DNA of 63,262 nt, the filler included, from Octopus bimaculoides (taxonomy: Eukaryota): assembly GCF_001194135.2 (NCBI RefSeq). It is 4 parts of 4 records of this genome, joined end to end, with 100 filler letters (N's around TTAATTAATTAA, not from the genome) between each part and the next. Parts side by side here need not be neighbours in the genome. Positions count along the whole stretch, not along the records: positions 1 to 28,169 come from NC_068998.1; 3 more parts are not named here. One strand, given 5' to 3'. Every line of letters starts with the position of its first letter. Position 1 is the stretch's first letter. The notes beneath the pieces are model-generated. The model worked only from the letters and a program-made list of their open reading frames with translations, was not told the DNA's origin and did not search any database. The position numbers were made by a program, and so were the translations under genes. Of this stretch, positions 11,258-21,598 are shown one piece after another.

Positions 11258-12200
11258 TTGGTAAGGCAAAATCAGTTATATATCAAGTCGGTAGTTCGGG
11301 TGGATGGTTTCTTTTCGGAGCCATTCAATATCGAACGCTCGGTTCGTCAAGGTTGTCCACTCACGCCCCTTGCTCTATGTATTGACTCTCGAGCCACTAC
11401 TGCGAAGATTGGAGGTGACGAGTGGAGATCCGCAAGATCTAGGATATGGAAAGTCAGTCTTAGCGTATGCTGACTATGTCACTGTCATTGTATCCAGGGA
11501 CCAGGACCTACAGAGGGTAGGTGAGGCTCTAAAAGATTACGAAGCGGTGGCAGGAGCAAGAAATAACTGGGATAAGTTGGTCGGCTTGCAGCTCGGCACT
11601 TGGAGAGGCAAGTCGATGCCGTCCAATACTCAGACCTGGTCTGGGAGGAGGCTGTCCGTGAAAGGAAGGGCGGAGGTGGCAAATGTATTTATCGCATCTG
11701 TCATTACCTACCGCCTAACCGTCGTGCCGTGTCCCGATTCGTGGCTAAGCAAGTTGGAACGCATGCTCTTTCACTTCTTGTGGGAGGGCATATGGTCTCT
11801 TGTAAGGCACTCTATCTGCTGTCAATAGCCGCTAAAGAGTGGGTAAGGGATGCCTTGGCTAAAGATGCGCTGAGGTTGAGGCATCTCTGGCTCTACCTGG
11901 ACAGTGAGCGAGTATAGTCACTGTTCGTTGATGAGATATTTCCCAGGTTCACCTCCTTTGGTGAACTGGAAACTGGGATCAGGCATAGACCAAGGCTGGG
12001 AGTTTGGCAAGCAGAGTGTCGACAGGCGCTCGTGCTTCTCTCCCAAACAAGGAATGCCGCCGGAGGGAGTACCCCCTCGGCGTACTATAGAGGGCTGGTA
12101 GAGGGCAAGTGCGATGACAGCCTGGGAAAGACTCTGGGTTTCGATGAAAGTCAGCTTGCCAACCTGCATCGAAGGACTTGGCTGTGTTTCTGAAGTGCCT
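11258..12200 (+). mobile_element. L1/Tx1-clade LINE reverse transcriptase remnant
   Basis: SVRQGCPL(T)P-LLYVLTLEPLL...AYADYVTV...SGRRLSVKGRAEVANVFIASVITYRL, frameshifted. Its 3' part is homologous to 35500-36300. Confidence 0.88.
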
Positions 12201-12217
12201 TGCCAGTTCGGGATAAA

Positions 12218-12410
12218 CTATAAAATATCCCTATATACATTTTTAATTGCCCAGACTGTTTCATAGTGTGAAGACCATCTAGTTACACATAAGCTCTTTA
12301 GAGAAAAGGCTAGATTGCCCTGTGTGTTTAAAATCCCCAATCTTCGAGGAGATTCAGAAAAGAAAACATACAGCTGCTGCAAGATGTCAAAATAATCAAT
12401 AACATATTTG
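12218..12410 (-). mobile_element. hAT transposase fragment (ZMYM1-like type)
   Basis: YFDILQQLYVFFSESPRR...LKSLCVTRWSSHYETV contains the hAT FFSxSxxR and LCxTRW motifs. Confidence 0.8.
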
Positions 12411-12629
12411 TTTTGCTTTACTTTCATGTTTTGATAATGTTATTTTTAATAACAATACATCTCACAGTTGTAAAATAAGGCATTTTGAAACTACGTACAT
12501 GCCAACAACCAAAAAGCTAGCTGCGTACCCGTAGCTTTATATGTTTAGTGGTTACTCCGATGCGAAAACCAGAAAAAAAAGTGTGTAATATTCAACATAG
12601 GCAGTAAACAAAAAACAAAATAAAACAGA

Positions 12630-13284
12630 GTGGACCCGGAAGTTGTTACTATCGCAAACAGCAGTAGCTTTTTCAACTGAATACATGTCGTTTATTGGCT
12701 AAAATTATCCAAATACGACAACTTTAACACGAAAAATTAATTTTAAAATCTGTGAGTCAAATTGAACAGATCTAAGAAGTGCGCACGCTTCTGTTATGTA
12801 CTGATTTTCTTTTTGTTTCTTCACTATCATACGCGGCAAAACTTCCTTTTGTCCCCCCACAAACACCCCTTTTTAAAATTTAATTCTTTTTTTCTACACA
12901 AACCCCTTAATCCCCTTGTTTGTCCCCTCTATGTTTAGCCCCCTGTGGGCAATAAAGAAATATATATTACTTTGTACAAGATGCAGCACGGAATTTTGTC
13001 GCGGTCTCAAAGCGACGAAAATATTTTGGCAAATTAAATTTAAATGTTGAAGTGAATCTAACGGTTTTTGTATATTTAAATGGCTTATGAACGCCTACGT
13101 TGCAATTGTTTTTGTACAAGTATTTACAGAATATTAGCTGCAATTATTAGTTTTTGTAATTAGAATTGTCTTCCCTTACTTCCGTTCGATTTTAAAAACA
13201 TTTCTGTCATATTCCACAGTAGAGTCACTTTTTACCGAAAATTTTCGTTTCAACCAGCGAAGTGCTGTTTGTTTCCCAGCAAAT
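12630..13284 (+). promoter_or_regulatory. Candidate promoter/5' region of the selenoprotein gene
   Basis: CCGGAAGT at 12636-12643, reverse CCAAT (attgg) at 12694-12698, gtgcgcac near 12779, and visibly more CpG than the surroundings. TSS not determinable. Confidence 0.35.
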
Positions 13285-13343
13285 ATGACAGAACACGATG
13301 TATGTGGAATTGCCTCGGGTTTAAATGTGCACATTGAATACTG
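13285..13343 (+). CDS. MIEN1: Rdx-family selenoprotein (SELENOW2/MIEN1-like), exon 1: MTEHDVCGIASGLNVHIEY(C)
   Basis: ATG at 13285; donor TACTG|gtaaat splits the Cys codon (phase 2). VHIEYC is the first beta strand of the Rdx fold. The paralog-level symbol is tentative. Confidence 0.8.
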
Positions 13344-15214
13344 GTAAATAAGAACTATATATTTCTTTAGGCTTGGTGACCGATTCTTATTAAGAATCCC
13401 GCTTCGTATTTATTGTTGATTTCCCCGTTTTGTTAATTTCGGAAGGAATGCATATACACAGTACTACTACTGCCTGTCACTTCTGTTTTATAAAAAGGTG
13501 TCATCTGTTAGGGAGCTTATTTTGCAACAATAACACATTGTCTCTGTGTTTTAATTCTCTAGAGGATTCCAAGAATCAATACCATCCACTATGAACGATA
13601 TATTACTATATCGTCATAAATAAAGCATACATTGGGTTTTGGCATAACTACAGAAATCTGTGCGTTTGTGCACGCGAAGATTTCTACCACACAAACACAC
13701 ATATATATATGTAATTAAAAAAGTTCAAACGGGGAATTATTCCATTCAATATATCATGTTTATTATAGAGATTATGTAACAAATTATACTTTACATTTAT
13801 ATATTTAACTGTGTGTATATTCCTTATTTTTGCTTCTGGTGTCTTCTGCCTTTCTTTTAGAAACGTTTACCTGGGAATTTACTTAAAGTGAAAAAAAATT
13901 CGTAAGCAACAGATAAGTCGCCTTAATAACATATTCCTGTGTACCAGACCGTTAGCTGTTATTTTTAGCATAACGAGTTTTCTGATGTGGGCTTCATTTG
14001 CCTTCTTTGCCTGTTTGTTGCTTCAGTAGAAATCTATGGATGCACAAACGCACAAAACGATGAAAATAGAACAAATATGGACGAGCGGGGAACGCTTCTC
14101 AAAAATAGCCCCCAATTGTTTTCCCCAAAATTCCTATGTCTTCGGAATCTACATAGTCTGAGGTATATTTGTAAAGAATTTCATTAATAAAAACCCATTT
14201 TTCTGAAAGTTATGATCATCCAAAGTCGGGGAGGGGGCAGAAATCTGTAGTTAGGCCGATTATATAATCCTCTCCTTCCCGGGGGAGGGACCCAGAAAAT
14301 TTTCAACATTTCGTATGTTGGTGAGAACCTTAAGTGTCTAAAACGATAATTTATGAAATGAGTTAAAATATTTGTAAGTTTCGTTGCATGCGTTCCAAAA
14401 CTGTTTTTCAACAATGACCTTTTATTGGCACATTTTGTTGGCATTTCCACTGTCAATATTTCCTAAATTAGTTTGACCGTAAAATATTTGGTCAAAATAT
14501 AGTTGTTTGTCTTTACGTTCTGAGTTCAAATTCCGCCGAGGTCGACTTTGCCTTTCATCCGGTTAATGTTTACAAGTATACCGGCACGTAAAAATCGCCG
14601 CCCCCTCCCCCGCCTTTAAAAAAAAAATTTTCTCATCGGATTCCTGTGTTTTCGATGATGGAAATTCTGAATATGCCAAAAACCATGTTTTCAAAATTTT
14701 AAATTCCCACATCTCCACCCCAAATTTTTAAATTTCAACTTTTTTTATTATTTTTTTCTCAATCTACGTGGGAAAATATGGAGATTAAGAATATGGAGGA
14801 AAAATAAATAATTTCAAATTTTCTGTGAGGAAACTCCAAAACTGATTCATACACCCCACGTCACTCTATCCCGCTGTCTAAAAGTGAAAATGAACGGCTT
14901 GTGTGTTTGTGTGCGCGCGCATGTGAATGAACAGAGAAAATACACAGAAATATGTTTTACATACCTGTCGTATACGTCGGTTTTGCTTTTTCGCTTTAAA
15001 GGTAAACGGTCCTGATAGAAGCAAACACGATATTCAGTAATATGTTTGTGTTCTTCATTCAGAAAGAATAAAAACTTTATGGGACTTTGTTCATGTGTAT
15101 CTGCATGCAGGTGTGTGCATGTGTTTGGGGAGGCGGGGGTAGTGTGCAAGAAAGACATTTATGGAAAGGTATTGATGAAAATTTTATGAAAATAAGTTAT
15201 CTTTATATGCCATA

Positions 15215-15720
15215 TTCACAATCCTGCCATGTATGTATTTCCGACAGACCAAAACCATCTCATCAATTTCTACTTCAACTTCCAGTCCTCTGATAACAGT
15301 TTGGTGGTTTTCTGCCCAAAACTGGCAGACCTCCGAACAGAAAGACCGCCAATCTATGGAGGCTCTATGGCAGAATCCAAGGTTTTCCTCTGTTGATTTG
15401 TAGACCAAGCTGTGCTGAAGAAGTGGTTTACAAAAAACAAAACTTTCAAAGGTGGATGCCTTCCAGAAAGGTATCCTTAAATGTAGATATGGAGTCTCTA
15501 CATTCCCTTCTAGACCATCCATGTTGTTGCATCACCTTATGGCAGCGCCATATGTTTGTCCCTTGGTGCAAAATGCATGGGGTATTGCAGTTCAGACAAT
15601 CTCGTGTACACTGCAGGAGGCTGTGTTTGGCTAAAAATGCAATAGAGGCATCATCATTGCTGTGGAAATGGTGAATGCCTTCATATGGACTGACATTGCA
15701 AGAATTGCAAAGAGCCATGC
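15215..15720 (-). mobile_element. Merlin (IS1016/ISXO2-like) transposase fragment
   Basis: Minus translations include a Cys-rich N-terminus (CLNCNTPC...WRC) and IDWRSFCSEVC...IRGLEVEVEIDEMVLVCRKYIHGRIV; frameshifted. Confidence 0.8.
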
Positions 15721-16289
15721 TGTTGTATCAAGTCTTCAAATTCAAGGGTGTAAATGAAATGTGAATAAACATTAGTGTGAATCCTGATTCTTTCACTTGT
15801 AGTGTGGTATTAGCAGAGCAATCTTTCGTTTTGTACTCAAAGGTGATGGCATTCGGTAAATTCCGTAAATTCACTGAACCAGCATTTAATACTGACTTTC
15901 CTATCATGTGGAGAATTGCAAATATGACATATAAAGATAATTTATTTTTCATAGAATTTTTATCAATACCTTTCTGTAAATGTGCCTAGAGTAAAAAAAA
16001 TGTATAGTTTTATGTCCAGCAATTTTTATGGCTATCATGAAATAATTATTGATTTTAGTATTTGACTAGAAAAGACGAATACACTTTTACTACTACTACT
16101 AATAATAATAGGCACAAGACCTGGGGGATAGTCAATTATATCGAGCCTGGTGTTCCACTAGTACTTCTTTGATTGACTAGCCCTTTCCCCAAAATTTCGG
16201 GTTTATGCCTAATGTAGAAAGAAAAGAAAAGAAAATAATAGTTTGAAATTTTGGCACAAAGCCTGCAATTTTAGGGAAAGAGTGTTAGT

Positions 16290-16454
16290 CACTGATATCA
16301 ACCCCAGTACTTGACTGGTACTTCATTTTATTGACTCCTGAAGGTTGAAAGGCAAAGTTGATTGTGGCAAAATTTGAACCCAGAACGTGAAACCAGAACA
16401 AATGTCACTAAGCATTTTATCTGACATACTAATAATTCTGCCAACTTGTTGGCC

Positions 16455-16485
<31 letters not shown>

Positions 16486-16800
16486 TCTTTCTGCTATAGG
16501 CACAGGTCTGAAATTGTGGTGGAAGGGACTAATCAATTTGATCACCCCCCNNNNNNNNNNNNNNNNNNNNNNNNNNNNNNNNNNNNNNNNNNNNNNNNNN
16601 NNNNNNNNNNNNNNNNNNNNNNNNNNNNNNNNNNNNNNNNNNNNNNNNNNNNNNNNNNNNNNNTACTCAAATGGTTCTTATTTTTTATCAACCCTGAAAG
16701 GATGAAAGGCAAAATTGACCTTGGCACAATTTGAACTTGCAATGTAAGGCTGGAAGAAATCATTTTGTCTGGCATGATAACATTTCTGTCAGCTCAGGGA
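16290..16800 (-). mobile_element. Two degenerate SINE copies separated by (TAA)n and a gap
   Basis: Repeated ggtacttcattttattgactcctgaaggttgaaaggcaaagttga motif, the reverse complement of the SINE at 18811-19009. Confidence 0.65.
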
Positions 16801-17869
16801 AATAATTACGACTGGCTCTTTCTCAGTTTATTCTCAGTTTATACTACCAACTCAATTCTCATTATTGTTTGTCTTCTGACAAAATTCCTAGAAGTCTGAT
16901 TGCTTCACCAGTTTCCACTCACTTTATCACTGTCCTCTGGCTAACTCTTTACACCACACTGCACTTATCTCCTCTCCCATTTAGGATTTTAAATTTTTTT
17001 TATTTTAACTATATTTTCTACACCCTCTTTACATAGTTATCATCTTTCCTCCTAACTTATGTATGACCACTACTGCAAAAGATCCACCAATTGTGTGTGA
17101 GCATGTGAGTTACTCTCTCAGATAAAGAGACAGTCTTGAAACATCATATTCATCTCCCTATGGCATATGAACTTCTCCAAACCCATGAGTTTTAATGTAG
17201 TGTTTGCCAATGCAAACTACTATCAGTTTCCTAGGACTAATTTTGGCATTAGGAAGGGTATCCAACTATAGAAACCATGCCAAAGTAGACATTAGAGATC
17301 AGCTCAACCCTCTGTCAAACCATCCAGCCCATGGAAAAAGCAACTTTAAATGATGATATCAATGACTGACATAAAAACAGAAGTTATGTAATCACATTCA
17401 TTAGCTTCTAGTTGTTTCTGCTTACAAATACTGCACTCAGAACTGAGTATAAAATTTATAAGCAGACATATACCTTCAGAAACAGACATATAACTTCCTC
17501 AGAGTCCATTTTCCATACTGGCATGGGTTGGATTAATTGAAATTATAATCTATACATTTTTGTGCATTGAAGCAAATCTAATCTGGAGTTCTGGAACCAA
17601 TGAATACTTTGAAGATATTTTGAGCTGCAGTTTGGTTGTGGAAAACATACCTTTTGCAGAAAGCTATTTGAGATGCATGAAAGAGTTGCAATCACTTGAA
17701 AAGAGGTTTGCAGAATAGGCTAAGTGAGATTAAAGTTTCTTAACTAATTCCTTTAATTTTTGTAGCTTCAGGAATTATGGAGATCAGTTAATAAATGAGA
17801 ATTGAAATGAGACAAATGAGTGTTGAGTATTTACATCTCACTTTAAAAATAAAGAGCATTTATTATAAA

Positions 17870-18230
17870 TCTTTCGAGCGAGATCATTGCCAGTGCCCCT
17901 GAACTGGCTCTTGTGCAGGGCCGTCGTAGGATTTTCGAGCGAGATCGTTGCCGGTGCCCCTGGACTGGCTCTTGTGCGGGTGACACATGAGGTTTTTCGA
18001 GCGAGATGAGCGTGGCCGTTGCCATTACCGCCTGACTGGCCTTCGTGCGGGTGACACGTAAAAGCACCCACTACACTCTCTGAGTGGTTGGCGTTAGGAA
18101 GGGCATCCAGCTGTAGAAACTCTGCCAAATCAGATTGGAGCCTGGTGTAGCCATCTGGTTTCACCAGACCTCAGTCAAATCGTCCAACCCATGCTAGCAT
18201 GGAAAGCGGATGTTAAACGACGACGACGAT
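17870..18230 (+). mobile_element. RTE LINE 3' UTR, young copy with three internal ~60-65 bp tandem units
   Basis: ttcgagcgagat...actggc...tgcgggtgacac repeated three times; tail catgctagcatggaaagcggatgttaaacgacgacgacgat. Confidence 0.85.
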
Positions 18231-18654
18231 CACTTCTCATCCTGAAATGACAGCAATTCTTACCCATCTTTAAATCATTAATCCCCTCTTCCAAACTAAC
18301 TCTAATAATATCACTATCTCTAACCTAAATGTATTAGAAATACATTTGGGAAGTTTGAAACTGTACTAGTGAGACAATGCTGGGTTTAGAAGGAGGACTT
18401 TTTCTAAAAGTAATTAGTGTCAGGAAAGGCATTCATCTATGGAAAGTATGCCAAAACAGATCTGAACAAGATAAGGTTCTCTGACCTGTCTAGGAGGTCT
18501 GTAACTCCAGTAAAACTTGACTCAGATCCTGTCAAATTGATCAATCCATGCCAGCTTGGAATACAAAAGAGAATGATGAGTTTTGTTGCTATTTAGGTAT
18601 TCTTTTCAATTTGTGATACAATATCTGTCAGTGGTACATGGTAGTCATAATATA

Positions 18655-19060
18655 TTAACCTTTTTGATACCAATACACCTGAGACCACGCCTGGTTCTAT
18701 AATGTAAACATCTTGTTTTAAAGTCATCCAAAATAAAACCTATCAAAATTTTATGTTAATTTATCTTTCAAACATCAGCTTAAGTTATTTTACACTATTT
18801 TTCATTATTTAAGATGGTGAGCTGGCAGAATTGTTAGCATACAGGACAATATGCTCAATGGCATTTCATCTGTCTCTATGTTCTGAGTCCAAATTCCGCC
18901 AAACTTGACTTTACCTTTCATCCTGTTGCAGTCAATAAAATAAGTACCAGTTGAGCACTGGGCTTGATGTATTCAACTTTGCTGGCCTTGTGCCAATATT
19001 TGAAACTAATATTTTTCATTATTTTCGAAATTGAAGGAAAAAGTATTTCAACAGAAATGT
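18655..19060 (-). mobile_element. piggyBac-like MITE family A, reverse copy interrupted by a SINE
   Basis: Its reverse complement aligns by eye with 459-510, 841-892 and 1119-1236. Confidence 0.6.
18811..19009 (+). mobile_element. SINE with 15-bp TSD
   Basis: tatttttcattattt at 18796-18810 and 19010-19024; tRNA-like head gtgagctggcagaattgttagc...gttctgagtccaaattccgcc. Confidence 0.85.
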
Positions 19061-19294
19061 AACAAAAAGTTCAAAACATTTGTCTACTGGAAGTTATCAC
19101 TCTTCCCACTTAAACCATCAATTTATATATGCATATGATTTCAAGATAGTAGTGCTAATGCATATATTAATAATATACTACTGACTTTTAGTGCTTTTTA
19201 GCTCTTAGTGAAAAACCTGGATGAAAAGTGTTCCAGCTGTGATCAGATTGTTTTTTTTTTCTGGCATTATACATCAGCTTCACATTATCCAATG

Positions 19295-19591
19295 CAGGGG
19301 TTTTCAAACTTTTTGACTTGCGGACCCCTTTATATTTCAGGCTTTACCTTAGGGTCCCCCTTATAAATGCTTATGAAATTTATACATAAATATTTGCTTA
19401 AAATAACATATATTTTTTACATTTATTTATTTAACAGTATTTAACAAATAGGTTTATTGTCAATTAAAAGATTTTGATTAAAAAACATATATAAAATCAA
19501 ATTGCCCATAAAAAGTATTTGCTGTCCACGGACCCCTGTCTTGTCCTTGCGGACCCCCTGTGGTTTGCGGACCACAGTTTGAAAACCCCTG
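19295..19591. mobile_element. hAT-type MITE
   Basis: 16-bp TIR caggggttttcaaact / agtttgaaaacccctg; imperfect 8-bp flanks atccaatg / atctaata. A partial copy lies at 56461-56511. Confidence 0.85.
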
Positions 19592-19921
19592 ATCTAATAC
19601 ATTCTTTTTAAAACATTAAATAGGCTGACTTGAAGGTGCACTGATTACCTTTTTTACATGCACTCTGAACTGAGGTTCTCCCATTGACTCAAGACAGTGT
19701 TGAGTATGCTTTAATGTGTCCTCAAAATGTAATATGTGTCCCTAGTAAGAGCAGTGAAATGTTGACAGACTATAAACCAACATCTCCCTTTCCACTTTGG
19801 CAAACATGACATCTTGTCCCCCGCCTCCTAAATATCTTCTCTAACTTTTAATTTTGTAACTGATCTCTAATGTTGATTCTAAAACAGTACATGATTTTTT
19901 TTTTTAATATATGTTTTGTAG

Positions 19922-20022
19922 CAATTCCTGAGGCTATGAAGATCGGGTGGATGAGCTTCACACAAACATTCAACGTGATGTTCCTGAAGCCTGTGTAACA
20001 AACAGTATTAGTGATAGAACTG
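19922..20022 (+). CDS. MIEN1: Rdx-family selenoprotein, exon 2: (C)NSUGYEDRVDELHTNIQRDVPEACVTNSISDRT(G), UGA at 19929-19931
   Basis: Strong acceptor (T-rich...gttttgtag) and donor CTG|gtaaga. All three frames contain a stop; the phase-2 frame has only the TGA, positioned to complete CxxU-GY. Confidence 0.82.
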
Positions 20023-20111
20023 GTAAGATTTTTGAAAAATTATTTTAAAGGAAGAATAGTATAATTCTCTGAGGTAATTAGAGTGAATAACAGCAAAAAT
20101 GATATTTTATC

Positions 20112-20458
20112 TGTATACTGTCAACTTAATGTGACAGTCCCAATAAGGGAATATACTACTGCTATTTAGCCCTAGGAAGCTGGACCACTTCCTGTTGGCC
20201 TTAACACATTTCCTGTGTCCTTATGTTTATGAGGGGGAGACCAGCTGGTCATGCTACTTCAGGTTGATGACTAACAAAAACTCAGAAACATGTCCCTGAA
20301 TGCAGGCTAGGCTGGTTGGAGGTGCTTGTCTCCCCCTAATAAACATAAGGACACAGGAAATGTGTCAAAGCCGACAGGAAGCGGTCCAGCTTCCTAGGGC
20401 TAAATAGCAGTAGTATGATTCCCTTATTGGGACTGTCACGTTAAGTTGACAGTATACA
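20112..20458. mobile_element. Long-TIR MITE / fold-back element
   Basis: Inverted arms of about 130 bp (tgtatactgtcaacttaa...gggggagac / gtctccccc...ttaagttgacagtataca) with scattered mismatches; spacer about 80-90 bp. Confidence 0.85.
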
Positions 20459-20534
20459 ACTACTTTATCGCATCACTACTGCTTAAGTCTCTCTGAGAGA
20501 TTTAGAAATGTATTATTTCTGATATTTTATCTTT

Positions 20535-20740
20535 CATCTTTTCTTTGTTTCAGTCATTAGACTGTAGCAGTCGGTGCTGGAAGGGTTTAGTTGAATAAAT
20601 TGACAACATTACTTACTTTTAAAGCTTTGTATTTATTCTATTGGTCTCTTGCTGAACCACTAAGTTACAGGAATATAAACAAACCAACATCAGTTGCCAA
20701 ATGGTGGGTGGGGGACAAAAACAAACAAAGGATACACATA
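20535..20740 (-). mobile_element. Old SINE 3' half, inverted relative to the adjacent young copy
   Basis: ttgtttcagtcattagactg...gctgaaccactaagttac matches the reverse complement of the SINE tail. Confidence 0.65.
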
Positions 20741-20743
20741 GAG

Positions 20744-21146
20744 ATAGGTGTAGGAGTGGCTGTGTGGTAAGTAGCTTGCTTACCAGCCACATGGTTCCGG
20801 GTTCATTCCCACTGCGTGGCACCTTGGGCAAGTGTCTTCTACTATAGCCTCGGGCCGACCAAAGCCTTGTGAGTGGATTTGGTAGACGGAAACTGAAAGA
20901 TGCCCATCGTATATATGTATATTTATATGTATGTGTGTGTGTGTGTGTGTGTCTGTGTTTGTCCCCCCAGCATTGCTTGACAACCGATGGTGGTGTGTTT
21001 ACGTCCCCGTAACTTAGCGGTTCGGCAAAAGAGAACGATAGAATAAGTACTAGGCTTCCAAAGAATAAGTCCTGGGGTTGATTTGCTCGAATAAATGGTG
21101 GTGCTCCAGCATGGCAGCAGTCAAATGACTGAAACAAGTAAAAGAG
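20744..21146 (+). mobile_element. Full-length ~400-bp tRNA-derived SINE
   Basis: Head ataggtgtaggagtggctgtgtggtaagtagc...gggttcattccc, internal (TG)n, tail gactgaaacaagtaaaagag. Near-identical copy at 49331-49726. Confidence 0.9.
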
Positions 21147-21300
21147 TATACATACATACATACATACAGAAGACTGGAAAACATTTTTAGATTTTTATAT
21201 CATCTCCAATGCTTTTGATCTAGTGATGGTGTCATACGAAAAGCATAAGAAAAGAAGGAGGAAAAAATCACCAACAGTCCACGTGTAGTTGAATTTTGGA

Positions 21301-21339
<39 letters not shown>

Positions 21340-21409
21340 TATGTGTGTGTGTATTCTGGGAGCCAAAACAGATAGTGGAGCTTTGTACCGCCTTCTGCAC
21401 CGTCCCACC

Positions 21410-21551
21410 GATCCCAACATGGAAAGTGGATGTTAAATGAGGTTGATGTGTGTGTTTATATATTTGGAGCCTGGTGTCGCCTCCTAGTCCACCAGTCCTC
21501 AGTCAAATCGTCCAACCCATGCTGCAATGGAAAGTGGACGTTAAACGACGA

Positions 21552-21555
<4 letters not shown>
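21410..21555 (+). mobile_element. RTE tail fragments
   Basis: ctcagtcaaatcgtccaacccatgc...gttaaacgacgacgat. Confidence 0.75.

Positions 21556-21556
<1 letters not shown>

Positions 21557-21598
<42 letters not shown>

Noticed and set aside
17870-18065. Spaced ~62-bp repeats as a CRISPR-like array
   Set aside because: Eukaryotic context, contiguous degenerate units without unique spacers, and located inside an RTE UTR.
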